From Archangium sp. (GTDB lineage: Bacteria > Myxococcota > Myxococcia > Myxococcales > Myxococcaceae), in the NCBI GenBank assembly GCA_031367385.1, contig JANLPS010000122.1, forward strand, positions 1 to 12,056: a stretch of DNA of 12,056 nt, in the 5' to 3' direction. Under the pieces are notes generated by a model that saw only the letters and a list, made by a program, of their open reading frames with translations, was not told the DNA's origin and searched no databases. Within the stretch, counting starts at the first letter, position 1; each line of letters starts with the position of its first letter. Position numbers and translations under genes: made by a program. Shown here in pieces: positions 1 through 7,566 of the stretch.

Positions 1-485
1 GAGGCGAGCGGCACTCGGCAGCTGACCCACGTGTTCGCGCGAACCTTGCCGCCATCGCACGAGGCGCCGAGCGAGACCGCGACGCCGAACTTGCCGCCGC
101 TCTCGGCTTGAACCGCGAGGCTCGCGCCGTCGTACTGCGTACCGCCGTGCACCATCATCACCAGGTGCGTGAAGCCGCTCGTATTGAAGGCGGCGTTGTG
201 AAGGTAAATGCCAGTCCACGGTGAATACCGTACGGCGATCGACTTCGTGCCAGTCGCAATCGGGCTCGTGTTCGAGAGGTTTCGCGTGGCCCATGACCAG
301 TCGGCCCAACCAGACGCGAGGCCATCGGCATAGACCGGAGCGGTCACCGTGCCCACCGCCAGCGCCGACTCGACGCTCGACGATTCATCAACTGCGACAT
401 CACCTGCGACGCCGGTACCGCAAGCGCTTGCTGCGACGACACTCGAAACGATCAACGCACACCAATTCAAAGAGGGTCTCTGCAT
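1..485 (-). CDS. Putative lipoprotein with N-terminal carbohydrate-binding-module-like domain (3' end runs off the window)
   Basis: Manual translation from ATG at 485 is open to the window edge: MQRPSLNWCALIVSSVVAASAC-GTGVAGDVAVDESSSVESALAVGTVTAPVYADGLASGWADWSWATRNLSNTSPIATGTKSIAVRYSPWTGIYLHNAAF...ANTWVSCRVPLA. Hydrophobic signal with ASA-C22 (non-canonical lipobox); GGAG 5 nt upstream of ATG. The VYxDxLxxGWxDWSW...GxxSI...W pattern resembles beta-sandwich CBM-like modules attached to secreted glycoside hydrolases. Not in the ORF track because no stop lies in the window. Confidence 0.8.
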   Translation of the reverse strand, partial: MQRPSLNWCALIVSSVVAASACGTGVAGDVAVDESSSVESALAVGTVTAPVYADGLASGWADWSWATRNLSNTSPIATGTKSIAVRYSPWTGIYLHNAAFNTSGFTHLVMMVHGGTQYDGASLAVQAESGGKFGVAVSLGASCDGGKVRANTWVSCRVPLA

Positions 486-489
486 CACT

Positions 490-519
490 GCTCCGTTGTT
501 TGGGGAAAAACTTCGGAGC
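490..519 (-). promoter_or_regulatory. 5'-leader hairpin containing the Shine-Dalgarno of the 1..485 gene
   Basis: mRNA GCUCCG-AA-GUUU-UUCCCC-AAAC-AA-CGGAGC: 6-bp stem, 2x2 A/A internal loop, 4-bp stem, 6-nt loop; the 3' arm carries GGAG. Confidence 0.4.
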
Positions 520-780
520 TACAACGCTCACGTTTCGATGTGCTCTGTCGACCACCTCTCCCCGAACGAGCCTGAAGACAAATGGACCGCCGCACGCGCA
601 ACAGTGCCGAGATGTGGGTGCCACGATCGCTCTCGCACGATTTTTACAGAGCGCTCAGGTGGGAGGCCGGACGAGACGGAATTTTCGCTGCTCGCGGACG
701 GTGTTTTTTCACAAGCCCCGCACACGCTCGAAGAGGCAGGTGCCTCACGGCGCGTAACGTCATGAATGTGTCAGCGAGCG

Positions 781-1404
781 TTAGCTCTGGAGCAGCGCCT
801 TGCTGCCTTCGAACACGAATTGCACCGCGATCGCAGCGAGAATCAGCCCGAAAATGCGCTCGAGAATCGCGATGCCCGTCAGTCGCAGCACGCGCTTCAC
901 CTGACCTGCACTCCGCAGAACGACGTACGTCAGGCTCAGCGTCAGCACGATCGCCCCAATGACTGGCACGGCTGCCTCGAGCCCGGCGCCATGTTCAGCC
1001 ATCAAGACCATCACCGTGGCGATGGCTCCGGGGCCCGCGAGCAACGGCAGCGCGAGGGGCACGATCGCGATGTCTTCTTGCTCGAGCCCTTCTTGCGTCT
1101 CGGCCGCGCTGGTCTTGGTGGTGGGCCGCTGCGCGCGCAACATGTCGAGCGCGGTGAGCATCAACAACAACCCACCGGCGACGCGAAACGCGGGCAGGGT
1201 GACGCCGAAGACCTTGAAGATGATGCCGCCGAAGAGCGCGAAGAACGAGAGCACTGCGGCGGCGGTGAAGCACGCGCGCAAGGCCATGCCACGGCACTTC
1301 TCGGGCGAATCGCGGCCGGTCATCGCGACGAACACCGGCACCACGCCGATCGGGTCGACGATGAAGAGCACCGCCGGCAGCGCCAAGATGAACGTCGAGA
1401 GCAT
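781..1404 (-). CDS. marC: MarC family inner membrane protein (207 aa)
   Basis: IVDPIGVVPVF, FRVAGGLLL, DIAIVPLALPLLAGPGAIATV and ILERIFGLILAAIAVQF are MarC hallmarks; about six hydrophobic segments. Start moved to ATG 1404, which overlaps the upstream stop as TAATG. Confidence 0.93.
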   Translation of the reverse strand: MLSTFILALPAVLFIVDPIGVVPVFVAMTGRDSPEKCRGMALRACFTAAAVLSFFALFGGIIFKVFGVTLPAFRVAGGLLLMLTALDMLRAQRPTTKTSAAETQEGLEQEDIAIVPLALPLLAGPGAIATVMVLMAEHGAGLEAAVPVIGAIVLTLSLTYVVLRSAGQVKRVLRLTGIAILERIFGLILAAIAVQFVFEGSKALLQS

Positions 1405-2108
1405 TACTTGCCCAGCCGCAGCTTCCACACCACGGTGAAGGCCTCGAGAAAGATTTTGCGGCTCATCTTCGACTGACCGACCCGTCGATCTTCGAACACG
1501 ATCGGTACCTCTTTGACGGTGAAGCCCTTCTGAAGCGTGCGGTAGGTCAGCTCAATCTGAAAGCCGTACCCTGCGCTCTGCACGTGGTCGAGGTCGATGC
1601 CCTCGAGCACCCGGCGGTTGAAGCACTTGAAGCCGCCGGTCAAATCGCGAATGCCGACGCCCAAGATGGTGCGCGCGTAGAGCGAGCCCCCCTGCGAGAT
1701 GAGCTGGCGGGCAACGCCCCAGTTCACGGTGCCTCCTCCGGTGACATAGCGGCTGCCGAGCACCAGGTCGGTGCCGCTGGCGGCCTCGTCGATCAGGGTC
1801 GGCAGGTAGCGCGGGTCGTGGCTGAAGTCGGCGTCCATCTCGATGATGTACTGGTACTTCTTCTCGAGGGCCCACTTGAAGGCGGCCAGATACGCGCGGC
1901 CGAGGCCCTCCTTCTTCTCTCGGTGCAGCACGCGAATTCGGGGCTCTTTGGCGGCGAGCTCGTCGGCCAACTGGCCTGTGCCATCGGGGCTGTTGTCGTC
2001 GACAACGAGCACATCGACCCGGGGGTCGGCGGCGAGGGCCGCGGTGCTGATCGGGCCCAGGTTGTCGCGTTCGTTGTAGGTGGGGATGATGACCAGCGCG
2101 GGGTTCAT
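1404..2108 (-). CDS. Polyprenol monophosphomannose synthase-like glycosyltransferase (GT2, Ppm1/DPM1-like)
   Basis: VIIPTYNERDN, VVDDNSPDGTG, GLGRAY, EMDADFSH (DxD), GSRY, DLTGGFKCF, GYGFQIE, EVPIVFEDRRVGQSKMS motifs; 234 aa with no C-terminal TM. Sugar specificity not provable from sequence. Confidence 0.9.
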   Translation of the reverse strand: MNPALVIIPTYNERDNLGPISTAALAADPRVDVLVVDDNSPDGTGQLADELAAKEPRIRVLHREKKEGLGRAYLAAFKWALEKKYQYIIEMDADFSHDPRYLPTLIDEAASGTDLVLGSRYVTGGGTVNWGVARQLISQGGSLYARTILGVGIRDLTGGFKCFNRRVLEGIDLDHVQSAGYGFQIELTYRTLQKGFTVKEVPIVFEDRRVGQSKMSRKIFLEAFTVVWKLRLGK

Positions 2109-2167
2109 TGGGCGCTGGGCCTTAGCATGGCCAAATGACGGTGTAAGTGGGGTATAGAGCGCAGCTC

Positions 2168-3913
2168 ATGTCTGACTCGCTGGGCCCTTACGAGCTGCAG
2201 AAGCGCATTGGTGCGGGTGGCATGGCCGATGTGTTCTTGGCCACGGGCCCTCAAGGGGTCTGCGTCATCAAGCGGCCGCACGCCCACCTGTGTGCGAACG
2301 CCGAGTTCGTGCGCATGTTTCTCGATGAAGCGGCGATCTTGGCGCAGCTGCACCACCCGAACATCGCGCAGATCTTCGACCTGGGTGCCGCCCAAGGCGC
2401 CTACTACCTGGCGATGGAGTACGTGCCCGGCTTCGACCTGATGACCATCAGCCTCGAGCACGAGCGCCAGGGCGAGATCATGGCGGCCGAGCTGTGTGCG
2501 CGCATCGTGGCTGACGTCGCGGGCGCGCTGCACTACGCGCACGAAGCGAAAGATCGGGCGGGCAACGCGCTGGGCATCATTCACCGCGACGTGAGCCCGC
2601 ACAACATCTTGCTGTCGACCCAGGGGGTCGTGAAGCTGATCGACTTCGGCGTGGCCCGCTCAGCAGGCGGCGTGCACCGAACCCAAGCCGGGCTGGTCAA
2701 AGGCAAGTACGCCTACATGAGCCCGGAGCAGATCACCGGCGGCGAGATCGACCGGCGGGTCGATGTGTATGCGCTGGGGCTGGTGCTGTACGAGCTGCTG
2801 ACCAATTCGCGAGCGATTGCGGGCACGACCGAGATCGAGCAGATCGACGCGGCGCGGGTAGGGCGCATTCGGCCGGTCGAGCAGCTGCGCCCGAACCTGA
2901 CGATGCCGCTGCGGCAGATCATCGGCGGGTGTCTTCACCCCGAGCCAGGCGGGCGCTACGCCACGGCGCTGGCGGTCAAAGAAGATCTCGAGAAGTACCT
3001 CTCATACGAGCGGCATGTGGTCGGTCAAGAAGACCTGCTGCGGTTGTTTCGGGTGGTGGCGGCCGAGAGTGGGCACCTCTCGCCGACCGACCCGAGCTCA
3101 GAGATACCGAATCGGCTCACCGACCAAGAGGCCCCGCTGGTGCTCTCGGGCCCGGAGTCGCTCGACGACGTGGCAGGCGGCCTGTCGCCGACTGCGCCGA
3201 GCCAGCGGGCGACGAACCCTCCCAGGCCGGTTCACGTGCCGCCTGACGTCGGTGCGATCTCGCTCACGCAGCAGATCGCCACGCCCAAATCGAACGCCAA
3301 GTGGGTGATCGTGCTGGTGCTCGTGGTGCTGGGCGCCGGTGGGTTCTCGCTGACGCAGCTTCGCGGGCATGAGGCGGTGGTCGAGACCGTCGATGCGGGT
3401 GAGGCGATGAGGGCGGTGGTGGTGCCCGACGTGCCGGTGTTGATCGCCGACGCTGATGCGGGTGAGGCCATGCCTGAGGTGCCGATGAAGGCGTCGGTGC
3501 TCTTTACTGACATCGACCCCCCATGCGACATCGCGGTCGATGGGCAATCGTATGGGCGGCTGCCTGAGCTCGAGCTGATGCCGGGCAGCCACACCATCGT
3601 GATGTCGAACAAGGCGCTCGGCTTCACGCGCACCATGATGGTCGACTTGAAGCCGGGCGATCGAAAGCCGCTCAAGCTTCGTGCCGGCAAGGGCACGGTT
3701 GAGGTGACCATCGTGCCGTTCGGTGAGCTGAAGGTCGACGGGGCGGTCGTGGCGTCGGGCACCTCGTACAAAGAGCTCTCTTTGTGGGACGGCCGGCACG
3801 TCTTCGAAGCATCGATCGATGACGGGTCAGGGCGCCCGAAGAAAGAGAAGCAGTTCGTCGACCTGAAGCGCGACGAGGTGCAGAAGGTCACGCTCAACTT
3901 GATGAAGCAGTGA
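2168..3913 (+). CDS. Membrane Hanks-type Ser/Thr protein kinase with C-terminal extracytoplasmic PEGA-like repeats
   Basis: IGAGGMADV (Gly loop), VIK, HRDVSPHN, DFG, GKYAYMSPEQ, DVYALG; Pro/Ser-rich linker; TM WVIVLVLVVLGAGGFSL; two PEGA-like units (PPCDIAVDGQSYG...LELMPGSHTIVM; PFGELKVDG...LSLWDGRHVF). ATG 2168 preferred over GTG 2147. Confidence 0.93.
   Translation: MSDSLGPYELQKRIGAGGMADVFLATGPQGVCVIKRPHAHLCANAEFVRMFLDEAAILAQLHHPNIAQIFDLGAAQGAYYLAMEYVPGFDLMTISLEHERQGEIMAAELCARIVADVAGALHYAHEAKDRAGNALGIIHRDVSPHNILLSTQGVVKLIDFGVARSAGGVHRTQAGLVKGKYAYMSPEQITGGEIDRRVDVYALGLVLYELLTNSRAIAGTTEIEQIDAARVGRIRPVEQLRPNLTMPLRQIIGGCLHPEPGGRYATALAVKEDLEKYLSYERHVVGQEDLLRLFRVVAAESGHLSPTDPSSEIPNRLTDQEAPLVLSGPESLDDVAGGLSPTAPSQRATNPPRPVHVPPDVGAISLTQQIATPKSNAKWVIVLVLVVLGAGGFSLTQLRGHEAVVETVDAGEAMRAVVVPDVPVLIADADAGEAMPEVPMKASVLFTDIDPPCDIAVDGQSYGRLPELELMPGSHTIVMSNKALGFTRTMMVDLKPGDRKPLKLRAGKGTVEVTIVPFGELKVDGAVVASGTSYKELSLWDGRHVFEASIDDGSGRPKKEKQFVDLKRDEVQKVTLNLMKQ
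3392..3472 (+). repeat. 18-nt direct repeat (17/18 identical) encoding DAGEAM twice
   Basis: gatgcgggtgaggcgatg at 3392-3409 and gatgcgggtgaggccatg at 3455-3472, 63 nt (21 codons) apart. Confidence 0.8.
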
Positions 3914-5033
3914 GCTTCGCGACGATCTCGGCGGCCCGCTTCGAGGCGCCGGGCGACCCGAGCGCTACGCGCACCTCGTCGAGACCGGTCAGACAGGCTT
4001 CGCGGGCTGGGCCTGCCCACAGGGCCTCGAGCTCTTTGACCACCCGCTCGACGGTCACTTCGCGCTGCAGCAGCTCAGGCACCACCGCGCGCTTGGCGAG
4101 CAGATTCACCAATGAAAAGAAGGGCAACCGCACCATCGCGCGGCCGACGAAGTAGGTCAGCCATGAGACGCGGTAGATGACGACGAGCGGGCGGCGCATG
4201 AGCCCGGCCTCGAGGGTGGCGGTACCAGAGGCGACCAGCGCGACGGTGCTGGCTCCGACGACCTCGGGGGCTCGGCCAGCGACGAGGGTGACCGGCACGT
4301 CGGGTGGAAACGTTGCGCGAATCGCGTCGGCGTCGAGCCCGGGGGCGACCGGCACGACGACCTGGAGCCCCGGGTGCAGGCGACACTGCTCGCGAGAGAC
4401 CTTGGCCATCAGTGGCAGGAGCCTGGCGATCTCCGAGCGGCGGCTCCCCGGGAGCACGGCGAGCACGGGCCGTGACGGGTCGAGGCCCAGCGCGGTTCGA
4501 AAGTGCTCCGGAGGCGCTGGCGGAGGCACCTGATCGAGCACCGGGCTGCCGACGAAGGTGGCGTTGACTCCGCGCTCGCGAAGAAAGGCCTCTTCGAAGG
4601 GCAAGATGCAGAGCAGCTCGTCGGTGCGCTCGGCGATGATCTTGGTGCGGCCCGCGCGCCAGGCCCAGACCATCGGAGCGACGTACCAGACGACGGTGAC
4701 CCCGAGCTTCTTGAGCCGCTTGGCCAGGCGCAAGTTGAAGTCAGGCACGTCGACGAGAATCGCAAGCGATGGTTTTCGTCGTTCGACCTCGGCCACGATG
4801 TCGCGCAGCACCTTGAGAATACGGGGTATTTTCGGCAGCACCTCGCCGATGCCCATCACTGAGATTTCGTGCGCACCGTGCACGAGCTCGACGCCCTGGG
4901 CTTGAAGCTTGGGGCCTCCCATGCCGAAGAAGGTGAGCGTGGGTTGCAGGCGCTTGAGCTCGGCGAGCAGGTCGGCGGCGTGCGCGTCACCCGAGGCTTC
5001 ACCGGCGACGACGAGAACCGAACGCTCAGGCAC
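3894..5033 (-). CDS. lpxB: Lipid-A-disaccharide synthase
   Basis: VAGEASGD, GMGGPKL, SVMGIGEVL, VDVPDFN, YVAPMVWAWR, ILPFE, LPGSRRSEI, ASGTATLE, SLVNLL, PELLQ; 379 aa, GTG start. Confidence 0.96.
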   Translation of the reverse strand: MPERSVLVVAGEASGDAHAADLLAELKRLQPTLTFFGMGGPKLQAQGVELVHGAHEISVMGIGEVLPKIPRILKVLRDIVAEVERRKPSLAILVDVPDFNLRLAKRLKKLGVTVVWYVAPMVWAWRAGRTKIIAERTDELLCILPFEEAFLRERGVNATFVGSPVLDQVPPPAPPEHFRTALGLDPSRPVLAVLPGSRRSEIARLLPLMAKVSREQCRLHPGLQVVVPVAPGLDADAIRATFPPDVPVTLVAGRAPEVVGASTVALVASGTATLEAGLMRRPLVVIYRVSWLTYFVGRAMVRLPFFSLVNLLAKRAVVPELLQREVTVERVVKELEALWAGPAREACLTGLDEVRVALGSPGASKRAAEIVAKLTASSS

Positions 5034-5063
5034 CGCGCGCTCGTACTACAGTCGCCCGGGCCC

Positions 5064-6851
5064 GTGAATGCACCATCGACACTCTGGCAGGCCATGCGTC
5101 GCCTGCTGCTGATGGGGCGACCGCACTGGCCGGTGCTGGGGCTCTCATTCATCTGCATGGTGATGGTTGGGGTGAGCACGGGCGCGTACGCGTGGCTGAT
5201 GGGGCCGGCGCTGCGCTTTTTGCTGACCGGTGGTACCGAGGGCTTGGGCCTGGTCGCAAGAGTGTGGCCCGACATCGCGACCTGGTCTCGGGAGCAGGGG
5301 CTGGTGGCGTTGCCGGTGGTGATCATCGTGATCGGCGCGGTGAAGGCGGTCGGGTATCTCGGCCAATTTTACTTCGTCGGGTTGTTCGGGCAGCTGGTGG
5401 TGGTTGATCTGCGCCGGCAGGTGTTCGTGCGGCTGCTGGGGCTCTCTCCGATGCAGCGTTCGACCCGGCTCAGTGGAGACCTGCTGAGCCGGTTCACTGC
5501 CGACGTGGCCGCGGTCGAGCTCGCCGCGACCTACACGGTGGCCTCGTGGCTGCGCGACACGTTGCAGGTGGCGATTCTGGTGGTGGTGGCCTTCGTGCTG
5601 AGCTGGAAGTTGTCATTGGTGGCGCTGATCGTGGTGCCGATCGCCGTGTGGCCGACCTCGCGGCTGACGCAGGCGCTGTTTCGCCGGGCCCGTTCGAGCC
5701 AATCATCGCTGGGGCTCCTCGCGGGCCAGGTGCAAGAGGGGCTGGGTGCGCTCAAGACGATTCAGGCCTTCAATGCCGAGCACGCGGAGCTGATGCGGTT
5801 CTCGACCAAGGCGCAGTCGGTCGAGCATGCGTTGACCAAGGCTGGGTGGTCTCGCGCGGCGGTGCCCGGCATCATGGAGATTCTCGCCTCGGCGGCGATC
5901 GCGGGCGCGATGGGCTGGGCGTCGGCCAGCCGGGCGGTCGAGCCTGACGCGTTGGTCTCGTTTTTGGGCGCGCTGATCTTGCTCTACCAGCCCGCGAAAG
6001 ACCTCGGCCGGGTGAGCCAGTTCGCGGTGCAGGCCGCGTCGGCGCTCGAGCGGCTCAATGAGATGCTGACGTTGGCTCCAGCGGTGGTCGATTCGCCTGG
6101 GGCGACCGCGATGGCACCCTTGGCGTCGTCGATTTCACTGAAAGACGTGCACTTTTCATGGGGTGAGCGCGCGGCGTTGAATGGCGTGAACCTCGAGCTG
6201 AAGGCCGGGCAGGTGACCGCGCTGGTGGGCGAGAGCGGCAGCGGCAAGAGCACATTGGCCTCGCTGCTGTTGCGCTTCGAGGTGCCGCGGCAGGGCACCC
6301 TCGAGATCGACGGGAGAGACGTAGCGGGGGCGACGGTGGCCAGCGTGCGAGGTCAGTTCGCGCTGGTGACGCAAGACGCGTTGCTGTTCTCGGCGACGGT
6401 GCGAGAGAACGTGCTGGTGGCCAAGCCTTCTGCGACCCAAGCCGAGCTCGAGGCCGCGGCCGCGGTCGCCCATGCGAGTCAGTTCATCGCGGCGCTGCCC
6501 CAGGGGTGGGACACTCCGATTGGCGAGCGCGGGGTGACGCTGTCGGGTGGGCAGAAGCAGCGGTTGTGTCTGGCCCGCGCGGTGTTGGCCCAGGCGCCGG
6601 TGCTGATTCTCGATGAGGCGACGAGCAACCTCGATACCGAGAGCGAGGCAGAGGTGCAATCGGCGCTCGACGACGTGCTGCGTGAGCGCACCGCGCTGAT
6701 GATCGCCCATCGCTTGTCGACGGTGACCCGTGCGAACCTGATCGTGGTGATGGCGGCCGGCAAAGTGGTCGAGCAGGGCACCCACGGTGAGCTGCTCGCG
6801 CGGCGCGGCGCCTACGCGGCCCTGTGGAGCGCCCAACACGCACACGAATGA
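5064..6851 (+). CDS. msbA: MsbA-like ABC exporter (fused TMD-NBD), probable lipid A flippase
   Basis: N-terminal multi-TM domain (GDLLSRFTADV, LLYQPAKDL), Walker A GESGSGKST, Q-loop VTQD, signature LSGGQKQR, Walker B LILDEATSNLD, IAHRLST; adjacent to lpxB. Start set at GTG 5064 (alternative ATG 5094) because the ORF-track start 4869 lies inside lpxB. Confidence 0.85.
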   Translation: MNAPSTLWQAMRRLLLMGRPHWPVLGLSFICMVMVGVSTGAYAWLMGPALRFLLTGGTEGLGLVARVWPDIATWSREQGLVALPVVIIVIGAVKAVGYLGQFYFVGLFGQLVVVDLRRQVFVRLLGLSPMQRSTRLSGDLLSRFTADVAAVELAATYTVASWLRDTLQVAILVVVAFVLSWKLSLVALIVVPIAVWPTSRLTQALFRRARSSQSSLGLLAGQVQEGLGALKTIQAFNAEHAELMRFSTKAQSVEHALTKAGWSRAAVPGIMEILASAAIAGAMGWASASRAVEPDALVSFLGALILLYQPAKDLGRVSQFAVQAASALERLNEMLTLAPAVVDSPGATAMAPLASSISLKDVHFSWGERAALNGVNLELKAGQVTALVGESGSGKSTLASLLLRFEVPRQGTLEIDGRDVAGATVASVRGQFALVTQDALLFSATVRENVLVAKPSATQAELEAAAAVAHASQFIAALPQGWDTPIGERGVTLSGGQKQRLCLARAVLAQAPVLILDEATSNLDTESEAEVQSALDDVLRERTALMIAHRLSTVTRANLIVVMAAGKVVEQGTHGELLARRGAYAALWSAQHAHE

Positions 6852-6870
6852 CGCCCATGCCTGCCGCCGC

Positions 6871-6895
6871 GGCCATCGTGAACGCATGGTCTTTT
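6871..6895 (+). terminator. Possible weak intrinsic terminator after msbA
   Basis: GGCCAT-CG-TGAA-CG-C-ATGGTC followed by TTTT, about 20 nt after the msbA stop, in a 58-bp convergent gap. Confidence 0.35.
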
Positions 6896-6909
6896 GGGCT
6901 CGGCTCGAG

Positions 6910-7566
6910 CTACCTGGTCGATTTCTTCGTGGGGAGCGGCACGAACCCCACCTTCGCGACGCGTGGGTCTTTGGTCGCTGCGTCGAGTGCGCCTGCGATG
7001 TCGGCAGCGTCGAGGTCGACCTGCAGATACATCGGGTTCGCGAAGCGCTTCGTCATGCGCGAGTGCCCGGCGATGAACTCGTCGGCATCGATGCCGCCGT
7101 TCAATGTGAACTGAAGCGCCGGGAGCGAGTAGGTGACTTGACCGCTGACTTGATCACGCGTCACCAGCATCGCCTGCGTGCCTCCGTTGACGCCCACGGT
7201 GTCTTTGGTGCCGAGTACGACATGCGGCCGGCCATCGTGGGTGTAGCGGTGGTCGCCAGTCAGCACGCGAGTCAGCTTCAGGTCAGCCAGCTCGGTTGAC
7301 GACATGGGTTTGATGTTGATGGGGCTTGAAGCCGGCGCACCTGCAGCGACAACCGCCGCAGGTGCAGCCGCTCGAATACCCTCATCTTCAACAACAGGCA
7401 CTCGGGCCGCGGCCACTGGTTGAGCTGCCGCCGGTGCAGCCGCCACCACAGGTTCGGCCCGAACTTCAGTCGCGGCCTGTGTTGACGGCTCGCTCGGCTT
7501 CATCAGCCAGAAACCCAGACCCGCACCGATGGCAATGACTGCAACCGCGACGAGTGCCGTTCTCAT
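6910..7566 (-). CDS. Membrane-anchored protein, putative trans-encoded propeptide-like chaperone/inhibitor of the adjacent S8 protease
   Basis: N-terminal hydrophobic anchor (ALVAVAVIAIGAGLGFWLM), Ala/Pro-rich linker of about 60 aa, C-terminal alternating beta/alpha region (LQFTL-DADEFIAG-YLQVDL-DIAGALDAATKDPRVAKVGFV) and basic tail TKKSTR; ATG overlaps the protease stop (TAATG). The CDS is well supported; the function is inferred. Confidence 0.7.
   Translation of the reverse strand: MRTALVAVAVIAIGAGLGFWLMKPSEPSTQAATEVRAEPVVAAAPAAAQPVAAARVPVVEDEGIRAAAPAAVVAAGAPASSPINIKPMSSTELADLKLTRVLTGDHRYTHDGRPHVVLGTKDTVGVNGGTQAMLVTRDQVSGQVTYSLPALQFTLNGGIDADEFIAGHSRMTKRFANPMYLQVDLDAADIAGALDAATKDPRVAKVGFVPLPTKKSTR

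Noticed and set aside
596..623. TGGCAC on the minus strand as a sigma-54 -24 element
   Set aside because: No GC at the required GG-N10-GC spacing.
733..746. Palindrome GAGGCA-GG-TGCCTC downstream of marC
   Set aside because: Short stem, no U-tract; cannot distinguish operator, terminator or chance.
221..765. + strand ORFs 221..757 and 349..765
   Set aside because: Antisense to the minus-strand lipoprotein and spanning its upstream region; no recognisable motifs.
1405..1428. ORF-track MarC start at GTG 1428
   Set aside because: Lies within the GT2 gene; ATG 1404 with TAATG coupling gives a normal MarC N-terminus.
766..1476. 236-aa + strand ORF
   Set aside because: Antisense shadow of marC, typical of GC-rich DNA.
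4869..5063. 65-aa N-terminal extension of the ABC exporter
   Set aside because: Overlaps lpxB antisense by 165 nt and has no MsbA-like features.
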